A stretch of DNA of 64,000 nucleotides from positions 117,180,001 through 117,244,000 of the forward strand of contig OZ360226.1 of NCBI GenBank assembly GCA_977017645.1, read 5' to 3'. This stretch comes from Torpedo marmorata. Taxonomy: Eukaryota. Shown here one piece after another: positions 37,445 to 49,723 of this stretch. The translations under genes were made by a program, and so were the position numbers. The notes below the pieces were generated by a model that did not search any database, was not told where the DNA came from, and worked only from the letters and a program-made list of their open reading frames with translations. The stretch's first letter is position 1, and every line of letters starts with the position of its first letter.

Positions 37445-39660
37445 TCTGTCTACAAAAAATAATGTTCCAAGATGTACAATTTTCTACCATTGCTTACTAA
37501 TCTTATCTTAAAACCATCAGATGTGAATTCTGCACTATCCACAATCTGAGCCAGGGGACTTTGTGTTAGCTGCATCTGTGGATACAAGCACATAATTTGG
37601 ATTAAAACCTCAGTATAATAGTAGGGAAGGGCAGTGTTTCATGGATATGCTTTTTTTCTTGATATTAGATGAAATGTTTAGACACCTACAGTATATCCCA
37701 AGGCACTATATAGAAAAAGGTAGAGAGTTGTATCCTATTGTCATTTATTTTGTTACCTGCTTTTGAAAATTGCTTTATGGATGTTGGCCACCAAGATTGC
37801 TTGCTTAATACAAATGGTATTTTTTCTTTCCCTCCTGAGACGTCCAGTATATATGCACACAGATACCTTGTGTTGGGGAAACAAGTTTCAACTTCCTATT
37901 TATTTTTTCCTTCTAAATAAATGCTGAGTTTCCAATCTTAGCCGAGCTGCATGGAGATGCTTAGAGCAAATTGTGGTCACATGTTAAAAGTCACACTCTA
38001 GTCATGGGTACATATGCCTGCCCCCTACAAGCAGCTTATTTTCATAACTGTATTTGTGGAGGGCTATTAATGTATTAACCTTATTTGGCTTGTATGATTT
38101 CAAAATCACTAAAGTTTAATATTCAAGATTAAATTCTCTGGTTATTTACAGTTTTTTGGCAATACAATCAAATAGAAGGTTTGCATGTCTGTTTAACTCG
38201 TAAACTTTGTTACAGAATATTATTGATGGCCAGATCAGATGACATTCAGTGTTATAGAAGGATTTTATTTGACCATAAACTGACATATTTGATAAATAGT
38301 GAATGAATAAGAAATTGCAAGGATCTGAGTTTGCATTGACATAGTTAATGTGAATTTTATTTTCCCCCTTTATATTTAAAGACAAGAACTGTGGGTCATA
38401 ATAAGTTTTGTCTTTTTCCCTCCCATTTTGAGTTTACAGAATCACACAAAAAGGAGCATAAAGCACCTTCAAACTTTTATACTAACTGGATTACATGAGA
38501 TTTTTGTACGTAGTATGTTAGATTTTTACATCCTAGGGGGTGCTATTAAGTGACGGTGTTTTGCTGTTTTTGTAAATACTCACCAAAACCCAAGCATAAG
38601 AGTTTTCTAAATTAGTTTGCTGTTGTGGATTTTTCTTTTTGCGCAGGGACTTGTGTAAAGCTGTAAGTTTTTTTTATTTTTTTGATCAATTATTTAACAA
38701 TCAGATTTATTTTACAAGTTTTCATTCTGCTTAATGTTATACTAAGTTTAAAGTACCACAAAGTGTTACGCATTCTCAGCTAGATGCTCAAACAGTTTCA
38801 TAACTGTATTGCATTGGCCATTTCACAATAGAACCTCAAAGCTTTAATTAGAACTACCTTAATTCTAAAGAATTGATTGCTCTGTGAAATGTGCAGATCT
38901 TATCTATGCATACAAAGTCTTACTTGGAACTTTTTTTGCAGATTTGTACTGTTTAAAAAGTATATTCTTAGTTATCAGATATTTTAACTGTAACAAAGAT
39001 GTAATGTTCCAGATATAGCTACGTGTAACCAAACGTGTCATATAAAGTTTATTTAGAAGTTAGTGATGAAATTTTTATTCTTTCAATGAATTTGTATACT
39101 TCAGTACAACTAATGAATATGATGTACTGCTTGATGTAATTGGCTAATCAGAGTCAGCAGAGCATCGCTAGGAAGAGGGAAGGAAAAATTATCGGACCAA
39201 TTGTTTTTCAACATAGAAAGTTAATTGCACTTAAACTTTAACTGTTTCAATAAACATTTATGAATCATTAATAAAATTTAAGTACTTACATTTATTAACT
39301 TATAATCAAGATAAATGTGACTTATCTATTGGATCCAGGTTATAAATAAAAGTTGCAGTAGGAGTAGGTTTGTAAAAACAAAAAAAAGTTAACCAATTTG
39401 CACAAAACTGACCCTTCTTTGATGGATGTTCCGTAGACCAACCATAGCCTGAAAGTGGCATGTAAATAATGCTTTGTCCATTACTACAGAGTGTAGCAGT
39501 ACTTGAAAGTTTCACTGCTCTATATCCTTTCAATAATGTAGACTGTATCTAAATGTATTGTTTCATAGACAAGTGCCTGATAGTGTACATTTAAGGACAC
39601 CAGAACAATCCTTTGCTGTTAATGTATGGAGCCATAATAAATGTATATAATTCTGTTACA
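35601..39660 (+). other. FOXO1: FOXO1 terminal exon (non-coding 3' UTR, ~4 kb)
   Basis: No recognisable TE. Blocks such as caggatgtttgcccaatgtttgcaggttatgtgctgct, aagtgccaaactca, tgattgctctgtgaaatgtgca and aagtgcctga...gaacaatc match my recollection of the human FOXO1 3' UTR. AATAAA at 39636-39641. Confidence 0.75.
39636..39641 (+). terminator. Candidate distal polyadenylation signal (alternatives at 39249 and 39270)
   Basis: AATAAA at the end of the last conserved-looking UTR block, followed by T-rich sequence. Confidence 0.5.
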
Positions 39661-40952
39661 AAAAAATTGGAATGAGTTATTGCTTTTTTTAAAAAAAAAA
39701 TCTTATAGTTTGTTTCCGCTTTGAAATGGAATTATGTGGATGGGGCAAAATCTGACTTCACTGTGGCTGTACAATGGGGTTGAAATGGACATTTATTCCT
39801 CAAACTAGTGGCGGTTGTTGTCTGAGATTTCACTTATATTACTGTGAGACTGGATTCCAACTACTGTCATGCTATTGGTCACGCACTTTGGGTGTGCAGA
39901 CATTACAAGGCACTGGAAAAATATCTCCATTGTTGTCTATGGAAAATACTCCATCAATGGAAGGATGAATGAACCAATGCCAGCAACCTCTCCCAGGCTA
40001 CCAGCCCAACAGTGAAGCCCAAGTTACACTCAGACAGCTATCATTCTGACACTAGATTCGTGAAATGTTCTGTGTAGGATGAGATAACGTAGCAGATAGG
40101 AAAAGATTTAAGGAAGAATTCGCAGCTTCCTTAAAGTGCCATATTTCACTGACTCCTGGTAACCTCTGGCCCATGATTGTACAAAGTGGAGAAAGAGCAC
40201 TTGGATGGCATTGAAAATCTTGCACATGGAAGCTATGAGTAAATGGCAGAAGGAGCATACTTCCCACCCATATGCCCTGCCAGCCATCACCTGCCCCTTC
40301 TATAGTAGAGTCCATGGTTTCACATTGGCTTCGGAACCCAAAAACCAGAATGGAAGCAAATCATTGTTCCTGAGTGGCTGCTGCAGGAGCAGAGATGTGT
40401 TTTAACAAAACGTTCATTTTTCTCTTTGCCGCATTGATGCAATGTCTCGTTTTCCTAATGTGGCTTTGGTACATTGTAAATGTATTGCTTATCACAATAT
40501 GTTTACATTTGTCATCCAGTATACCAATGTGGCCAAAGCATTTTTTGATACCTGCACTGTATTTGTGTAATGAATCTTATCAAAGCTACAGAAGTGGAAA
40601 CAGAAAATGTTGGAAACACTTAGATCTCTATCCACCATAGTAGAGTGGAAGCCATGGTTAAGGAAGACATTGCATTTTTTTCTACCAGATTCAAACAATG
40701 CAAAAATGTTCCTCTTGATGGAATTCTTTGTGGGACAGTGCAGAGTGAACTTTACTCTATGTCTAGCCTTTTTTCCCTTTGTAAAGAAGTTCATTTTAAT
40801 ATTTGCAATATTTCCATCAGAATTTGCACAAAGCTCCAATTAAGATGTGGCTGTCCAGAGACACCTGTGTGGAATGTCATCAGAGCAAATGAGATAAAGG
40901 AAATGAAAGAAGGGAATAGAATCCTTGCAGGAATGTGGGAACAAGTATACTC

Positions 40953-41270
40953 TTTTTAAAAAAAAATATTTTATTTAAATTTTTAAATCACAGATTACAT
41001 AAAATAATTTTGCATATATTTCAAAGAAAAATACATGTGATTTACATTTTCTCCCCCCTTCCCACCCTCCCCACCCTAACCCCTATATCCCCACTACTCT
41101 AAAAATAATAATATAGTAAAGAGAAAAGAAAAAAGAAAGATAGAAAAATAGAATGAGGAGACAACAAACTTAAAACTAATTTACCTTAGAGGTTATTTTC
41201 GCCAGTGGATCTGATATCCAGAGAATTTACATTGTTAAACCCATAATCCTCATATATGGGCCCCAAATTT
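40953..41270 (-). mobile_element. L1 3' end, heavily 5'-truncated
   Basis: Its reverse complement matches 44030-44360. TSD GGAACAAG(T/A)ATACTC at 40938-40952 and 41271-41285. Confidence 0.85.
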
Positions 41271-41291
41271 GGAACAAGAATACTCAAGGTA

Positions 41292-44200
41292 ACAACGTTT
41301 AATGGGGAAAAAATTACATTATAATATATTACAAACTCGAAAAATAGAAAAATTAATTGGTAGAACAAAGCAAAGATATTATGAATTGGGAGAAAGAGCA
41401 CATAAAGTTTTAGCATGGCAATTAAAGAAAGAACAAGTTTCTAAAACTATAAATGCTATAAAGAAAAGTAATGGAGAAATAACTTATAAACCTCAAGAAA
41501 TAAATAATTCATTTAAAGAATATTATCAAAATTTATATACTTCACAAATGAGTCAAGATGTTGTTAAAATTGATGATTTTTTATCTAAAATTACATTGCC
41601 CAAACTAAATAGTTTTAATAGAGATATGTTAGATTTACCAATTACAATGAGAGAAGTAGGTGAGGCTCTATCATCATTGAATAGTGGTAAATCTCCTGGT
41701 GATGATGGATTTCCGGTAGAGTTTTATAAGAAGTTTAAAGATTTATTGATACCTATATATATGGAAGTATTGACTCAAATAAAGGAAACTCAGTTATTAC
41801 CAAAAACATTTTTAAATGCTGTTATTACAGTTATACCAAAGAAGGATAGAGATGTATTGAAAACTGAATCGTACAGACCTATATCATTGTTAAATGTAGA
41901 CTATAAATTAATGGCAAAAATCTTGACAAATAGATTAGCTAAGTTTTTACCATTTTTAATACATCCAGATCAAGCAGGATTTATTAAAAATAGATATTTT
42001 AAGGATAATATAGCAAGATTAATAAGTTTGATTAATTTACAAAAAAAGAAACAGGATTTACCGTTAGTGATAGCATTAGATGCAGAAAAAGCGTTTGATA
42101 GATTAGAGTGGAAGTTTTTATTTAAGGTTTTAGAGAAATATGGATTTGGAAACACGTTTATAAATTGGATTAAAACTATATATAAGGAACCTACAGCTAA
42201 AGTAATTACAAATGGTCAAATATCATCTAAATTTTCTTTGACACGGTCAACAAGACAAGGATGTCCATTGTCACCTGCTTTATTTGTATTGGCAATAGAA
42301 CCGTTGGCGGAAATGATTAGGAAAGATATGAATATAAAAGGGATAAAAGTAGGTGCAGAAGAGCATAAAATTAGTTTGTTTGCAGATGATGTATTAATAT
42401 ATATGACAAAGTCTATTGAATCACTTCAACAATTAGATAAAATATTGAGGGATTATGGTGAAATATCTGGATATAAAATAAATTCGGATAAAAGTGAGAT
42501 AATGGCTTTATCTCAAGGAGACTATACTAAATGTAAAGAAGTTACAAAATTTAAATGGGCTAAAGAAGCTATTAAATATTTGGGAGTTAAAGTGGATACA
42601 AAGTTAGAAAATTTATATAAATTAAATTACATACCTTTATTTCAGAAAATAAAGAAGGATTTGGATAATTGGAAAGATTTACCTATAACTTTAATGGGAA
42701 GAGTGAATTGTATTAAAATGAATATTTTTCCAAGAGTTCAATATCTTTTTCAATCTATACCTTTTGGTATTCCTCAAAAAATTTTTAAAGATTTAAAAAA
42801 TATTATTAGAAAGTTTTTATGGAAAGGAAAATTGGCAAGAGTAAGTATGGATAAATTAACTTGGGAATATGAAATGGGTGGATTACAACTTCCTAATTTT
42901 CAATATTATTATAAGGCAGCACAATTAAAATTTATAAATGAACTATTTGATTTAACTAAAAATACGGCTTGGATTAATATAGAATTAAGTAATATAGGAG
43001 AAAGAAATAAGGAAGATATTATTTATAAATGGAATTCTAAATTATTATTGATTAAAAAGAAAAAGTCACCGATTATTAGACATTTATTAGAGATTTGGAA
43101 TCAATTAGATAATGAAATAGGGCGAAAAGGATCAATTTCTTTAAATATGCCATTATACCAGAATTTATTACTACCATTTTCTATGGATAATCAATTTTTA
43201 AAATTATGGTATCAAAAAGGAATTAAGAAGATTAAAGATTGTTTTGAGGCAGGAAAATTTGTTACTTTTTCTGGATTGAAAGAAAAATTTGGAATAATGG
43301 ATAATACAATTTTGGCTTATTATCAAGTTAAAGGATTTTTAGTTGAGAAATTAGGGAATCAATTAATATCTCCTAGACAGGATGGGTTAGAGCTATTAAT
43401 TACTAATGGAAATGTTAATAAATTTATATCGCAAATGTATAAATTATTTCAGAAAAAGATACCTAAAGTAGGACTGCATAAATCTAGATTAAATTGGGAA
43501 TCAGATCTAAATATTAGTATAGATGAACAACACTGGAAAGAATTGTGTAAATTAAGTATGACTAAGATTATTAATGTTAGATATAGATTAGTACAGTATA
43601 ACTTTTTTCATCAATTATATATAACACCCAAAAAATTAAAGAAATTCAATCCGGCATTGTCAGATATGTGTTTTAGATGTAAAGATGAAATAGGTTCTTT
43701 TGTACATTGTACATGGTCATGTTTGAAAATTAAAAATTTTTGGTCTAAAGTCAAAGACTTTTTAGATAGAATTTTTAATATTACGATTCCAATGGATCCT
43801 ATGATATTTTTGTTTGGAGATATTAAAAAAATTAGTATTAGAAATAGATTAAATATGTACCAAATAGAATTTTTACGAATCGTGTTAGCAATTTAAAAAA
43901 AAATGTATTGCTATTACTTGGAAATCAGACTTAGATTTGAATTTAGATAGATTACATGCAGAGTTACGTTCTTGTATACCACTGGAAAAAATTACGTATA
44001 ACTTAAGAGACAAATATCATTTCTTTTTGAAAATTTGGAGCCCATACATGAGAATTATGGGTATGAATTAATTCTCTAAAAGTTAGTACCGCTGACAAAA
44101 GTAACCTCCAATATATAAATAGAGTTAGTTTGAAATAGTTTTCTCCTCATACTAACTCTCTTAACTTTATTTCTCATTCTATTTCTTTTCTTTTAACTAA

Positions 44201-44365
44201 CATTTTTATATATTCTTATTTTTCTTTTTTTATTAGAATAGTGTGGGAGGGTTAGGGAGGGGGGGTGGTAAATGTATCACATGTATTTTGAATAATATAC
44301 TATTTTTGATTATGTATTTTGTGATTTTAAAAACTAAATAAAATTATAAAAAAAAAAAAAAAAAA
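41292..44365 (+). mobile_element. L1-clade LINE, 5'-truncated; 864-aa open ORF2 segment (RT plus CCHC)
   Basis: KSPGDDG, YRPISLLNVD, ALDAEKAFD, RQGCPLSP, LFADD and CFRC..HCTWSC; poly(A) tail. 16-bp TSD AAG(A/T)ATACTCAAGGTA at 41276-41291 and 44366-44381. Confidence 0.95.
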
Positions 44366-44660
44366 AAGTATACTCAAGGTAGCTGTTTGAGTCAGTGGGC
44401 TGGAAGTGGATGTTGGTGACCAGCCTATTGCTGGAGATGGAGAATTCTGGAAAGGGAAGATTCCGAGATGGACCATGTGAAAGCGAGAGCAGAATGGCTG
44501 CAACTGGTTTCTCCAGAGTGATGGAATTTTCAAGGGAATGCAGGAAGCAGCAATAATGCAGTTGTCAGATATTTGTAGAATGAAGACTGAAACAAAAAAC
44601 TTTCACTTGCCTCAAGAAGTCAGGCACAGCTTGGTCCATGCAAATACCCTTAGATGAAAG
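44366..44660 (-). mobile_element. Old Penelope-like RT remnant (continues at ~40850-40952); host site of both L1 insertions
   Basis: The reconstructed empty site translates on the minus strand as ...RLVTNIHFQPTDSNSYLEYTCSH, similar to the Penelope TDIYYKPT motif. Confidence 0.55.
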
Positions 44661-45559
44661 TTTCAGAACGTTGTCAGTTAAGTGCAACCACAAATGGATC
44701 TAACGAAAATCTTGTGGTGCGTTCTGCACCTATTCTCTCCCTCCCTCTCCCCACAACTTGTTCTTGCCAACATTCTCCCTCTCATCCACTCTGAAATTGT
44801 TGCTAACCTAATCAATAGAGTCTGGTATCTTGAAGTGCACTTCAATCAGGAATAAGCATTGAGTGATCATTCAGTATTTGGGTCCAAAACCAAGCCTGGG
44901 CTCGCCTTTTAGCCTAAAGTGCATGGGTATAAATTTATGAAGGATTTCTACAGTGCTTTGTTTGTTTTCTATTCATAACACTAAATGAGGTCAACCAATT
45001 CAGATCAGAGATTTTGAATCCTGCTTATTACTATACATGGTCATGATTTTGTTAGGGCAAAGATCGAATAGGCACAGGATTATAGTGAGTTTTCAGCCAG
45101 TCAAAATACCCCAGTGCTTGCTGTATGTGCAAACTGTGCAAGGTACCGGAATTAAATGTCTATATCCTTCAATTCTCATGAAGATCCTAGCAAGTTATTT
45201 TCAGAATATATTGCAGAAGACTTCATTTAATATTGGTGTTTGGAATAATATAAATTATATTGAATTTTGAAGAGATCAGAGATCATTGGATGTATCTGCA
45301 ATCATATTTAAATTTAGTGGATGAACGGTTAACGAGGCCTTTTTGAGTTGTCAGGTACTTAAAATTTCACACTCAATTATTGCAAAGTAGAACTTGGGGA
45401 CTTTGGAAGTTGAATAAGAAGAATAAGAAATGTTTTGTACAAGGGAAGATAGCGGAATGGAAAATATTTGAAGAACCACCAATAAAGGTACTGGGATGTG
45501 CACTTGTTGCTTTTGGAAAAAGATGGTGTGGATGAGAATGGTTGTGAAACAGCATCCCT

Positions 45560-48034
45560 GGGGGTCACGTGATGCGGAGATAAGGAGAAGACACGGACCC
45601 AAGGGCTTCCTGATAGATTGATATTTAAAGCCATTTAGAACAGTCAGTTTAACATTAAATACATAAATACCTCTTCAAATATGGGAAAGAAGACAAAACA
45701 TCAAGTTTCTGCAGAAGAAGAAGAAGCCTCCAGGTCGCCGATATCAACGGGTGATTCTACTCGCGGGTGCGGCGGTCTGGGAACCTCTGTTATGACTCTG
45801 GCGCTGGAACAGGCGAGTGGGGCCCCAGAGCCCACATCGCGGGATATCCTGCAAGCTGTGCAGGCTCTTGCCGGCAAGATTACCGGGCTCGAAGCCAATT
45901 TTACTGGGCTAGACGCCAAGATTGCTGGGCTTGACGCCAAGTTAGAAGAGCTAACAGCTGGAATCAGAGAGCTTAAGAGCTCGTTTGGAGCTTTAACCTC
46001 CCGAGTGGGGGAGGTTGAAGATAAAATGGAGGACGTCCAGGAGAGGCTGGAAAAGCAGGATAATATGGATGCTTGGAAAGTGGAGAGAGACAATATTTTG
46101 GAGAAACTTGATAGGCTGGAGAACTTCAGCCAGAGGAATAATATCAGGATAATTGGGCTGAAGGAGAGGAGGGAGGGGAAAAGTCCAGTGGGTTTTTTTG
46201 AAGGGTGGATCCCAAAGATACTGGGCCAGGAAAACTTTAAAAAACTTTGTTCATAGAAAGGGCCCACCGGACCCTCGGACCCCGACCAGACCCAGGCCAA
46301 CGACCAAGACCAGTCCTGGTGTGTTTGCTCAATTATCAGGACCGGGAGAGGATCCTGCGCGCGGCAACCGCACGTGCGAGAGAAAATGGCGGGCCCATTG
46401 ATCCAGAGGGGGGGAAGTTACTTTTCTTCCCAGACCTGAATGTGGCCTTGGTGAAGTGTCAGAGGGTGTTCAACACAGTGAAGCGGCAGCTGAGAGCGAA
46501 GGGAATCCCATATGCGTTACTCCACCCCGCGATGCTGAGGCTCGACACACCAGAAGGAGGCAGAAAGTTCTTCGGGACGCCCCAGGAAGCTGCGGACTTT
46601 GTTCGAGACCTCCCGGGGAGATCCTAAGGTTTGGAGAAAAGAACGAGGAGGAAAGAAGGACTTTGATTGAACTTAAAGTGGGACGCTGGTTAAGAGGGAT
46701 GGTTTTGTTTTCTGTAATAGTATCGTTATACTGAGTTGTGTTATATTGTGTAAATAATGGTTTTTAAGGTAAATAACATAAAGAGGCAAAGAGCCCGGGG
46801 GGAGTTGGGCGGCATAAAGTTAGCTGGTGAGCTCGTTAATTAAGTATGCCAAAGAGGACACTAAGTGCACCCCGTCTTGAGGGAGTTGATGGTGCCAAAG
46901 TGGTGGGTGGTGGTGTTGGTGCTGGAGCAAGGGGAAGGGATATTTCTTTTAATCCGCGTTTTTTTTTTGCGGGCTTTTGGGTTTTTTTAAAGTGTCATCG
47001 TCAGTGCTGAACAGATATATATATATATATATAATTGTAAAAAGGGACAGACACACCATAGAAAAAATATACAAAGGGGCTATATAAATGGGTTGGAACT
47101 GTACACATATTCAAATGAGTAAGACTATAAAGTTTCTTAGTTTTAATGTTAATGGATTGAACGGACCCATAAAGAGGAAAAGAGTCTTGGCACACCTTAA
47201 AAAGCTACAGGCAGATATAGTTTTCTTACAGGAAACGCATCTTACAAAGCAGGAGCATAGCAAATTAAAAAGAGGCTGGGTGGGACAGGTAGCTGCATCT
47301 TCTTTTAACTCCAAAGCTCGGGGGGTAGCTATCTTAATAAATAAAAATGTTCTGGTGGTGGTTGGGGACACGGTTGTTGACTCGGCGGGAAGATATGTGA
47401 TGGTAAATAAGGCCCTTTTGGCATGATTTAGCTAACATACTAACTAGGATTATGGGAGTAGCCTTCCCACTAGACCCGGAGTTGTATCTTTTAGGAAACC
47501 TCATGGACATAAGCAACAGATTGTCTAAATTCCAAATTCAATTTGTAAAAGTTGCTCTGTCCGTAGCAAAAAAAATGCATTGCAGTAACTTGGAAGTCCG
47601 ACTCCCCCCTTCTCATCACTTGATAGTCTACGGAAATGTACAGCTGTATCCCCATGGAAAAAATTACATATAGTTTTAGAAATAAGTACGATAACTTTGT
47701 TAAAGTGTGACAACCATACTTGGAGCACATGGGTGCTCAGTTGTAATCAAACCCCTGAGGTATGGTATACTGTAAGTTATGATTATTTTAAGGGTGTGTC
47801 ATTCCCAAATACTTGGACAAAAGTTGTAAGCGCTGACGGTACGTTTAGTTTTCTTTTCTTTTTCTTTTTCTTTTTCTTTTCTGTTTTGGTTTTATTCTTT
47901 TTGGGTGGGGGGGGGAGGGTTAAGGGGCGTAATGTATTCTGTACTTGATACTTTTGAAATTTATGTATATTCATGATTGTTTATTAATGTTTTGTGAAAA
48001 TTTTGAAAATGAAAAAATATTAAAAAAAAAAAAA
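45560..48034 (+). mobile_element. L1 with both ends intact: ORF1 (one frameshift) plus ORF2 with a large internal deletion
   Basis: 14-bp TSD GAAACAGCATCCCT at 45546-45559 and 48035-48048. ORF1 45681-46627 (coiled coil, ENFSQRNNIRIIGL, IERAHR). ORF2 starts at 47115 (SFNVNGL..FLQETH) and jumps at ~47410 to the C-terminal PLDPELYLLG. Poly(A) tail. Confidence 0.9.
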
Positions 48035-48085
48035 GAAACAGCATCCCTTGAAAAGATTTTGCAGTGAAGCAACTGAATGGAGTGA

Positions 48086-48190
48086 AATCTTGAGGAAGGG
48101 CTCAGGCCCAAAACGTCTGTAATATATCTTTACCTCCTACTGATGCTGCGAGACTGGCTGAGTTTCTCCAGCATTTCTGAATTTTGATGA
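48086..48190 (+). mobile_element. Isolated Penelope terminal-repeat fragment with hammerhead motif
   Basis: ttgaggaagggctcaggcccaaaacgtc ... gctgagtttctccagca. Confidence 0.75.
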
Positions 48191-49364
48191 AAATAGCTAG
48201 CCACTTGGTTCATTGTCAAAGTGGGCAAGCACCACTTTATCAACATTTCTAACAGCCAGTATATGGAAACATGAGGGGGTTCAGTTATGGGTAAATGCTG
48301 GTAAGTGATGGGTGGAACCTGAAGGGGAGGAGCTGATGGGCAGATGGAACCAGGAGAGGGGGATGGGAGTTGGGAGAGGTAAACAAAGGGAGAAGAAAAA
48401 TACATGGATGGGCGAGTGTGTGTTCGGGGAGAAAACCAGGGGAGAGTGAAGGAAACTGGAAAATAGGGACCTGAGAGAAAAGAGCTAAAACAATGTGTAT
48501 CTCCTTAAACAGATTGATGATGGTTAGCAGAACAGATGAAAAGGAAAATGGAGTGTTTCAATGCTTGATCAGGTAATGAGAAAAAATCGATGGAGAGAAA
48601 GGAATGAAAAAGCTTTGAAAATCAACAATTAAAAATTGAAGAAATTAGACTACATAATTTACAGGGTGGCAGAACATTATTATGAAAATGTTAGTTATCA
48701 GATGGGTAAAATGGGTGACGCAGCAATTTAGTTTACAAATATAGCAACGATACTGTTCATGGCATTGTAATGTCAATGTATTTTCCCCCTCAAATGACAA
48801 AAAAATAGTATGCCATTCAACTTAGCAGGGGAACATTCAACAAAAGAAATGCTACGGTTCTGAATTTTTCAAGGTTTCACGATGCTTTGTGATATGGTAC
48901 AATTCCTCACTTCCCCCACCACCACCTTATTGAGAACAATAAGATAAAATAACTCTTGCATGAGAATCCAATGGCTTGAGCATCTTTACTCCGCTGTGCA
49001 CTTTGAGTTGAATCAGGCAGTGTCTCTGGTTTATATCCACGTATTTCAGTTGCAGGGTAATCGCACCCCTTTATTTGGATGCAGATACAGTCAGACTAGT
49101 TCTCCCTCAACTCTTCCTCTGCTATATTGACGACTACATCGGTGCTGCCTTATGTACCTGTGATGAGCTTGTCAACTTCATTCACTTTGCTGCCAACTTT
49201 CACCCTGAGCTCAAATTTGTTTGGTCCATCTCTAGCAACACTCTCCCCTTGATCTCTCTCTCTCTCCTCGGGAGATGAGCTTTCTACAGACATTTTTTAA
49301 AAAAACCTACCAACTTCCACAACTACCTCGACTACACTTCTTCACACCCAGTCCCCTGTAAGGA

Positions 49365-49723
49365 TGTGGTAAACCACTATTGTATATACTATGGGCTGAG
49401 GACAAGTCCGAGCATGCCCTGCTGTCTGTCCCGGTGGCTCCTCCCCCTTCCCCCTTGAATAAAGGCCTTGAGCCACTGCCCCCGCCCCAGTTCCGGGACA
49501 GTCCTGCAGGTTTCAGCAAGTCAATTGTAGCTTGGTAAAAAACACAAAAGCTGGAGAACTCAGCAGGTCAAACAGTGTCTTTTATGTAGCAAAGGTAGAA
49601 ATACATAACCGACGTTTCGGGCTTGAGCCCTTGTAGCTTGGCCCTGGCTCGGTTTTACTGTTAATAAAAGCCTTCGATCTCCCAGTACTTCCTACCTCTG
49701 GTGAGTTATTGATAGGTATATCA
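49365..49723 (+). mobile_element. Solo LTR
   Basis: TG...CA termini and 5-bp TSD AAGGA (49360-49364, 49724-49728). Removing it restores cctgtaaggattctatt, as in the copy at ~1269. AATAAA near the 3' end. Confidence 0.85.
49536..49630 (-). mobile_element. 95-bp Penelope terminal-repeat insertion inside the solo LTR
   Basis: 11-bp TSD TTGTAGCTTGG at 49525-49535 and 49631-49641. Minus strand reads gggctcaagcccgaaacgtcggttatg... Confidence 0.85.
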
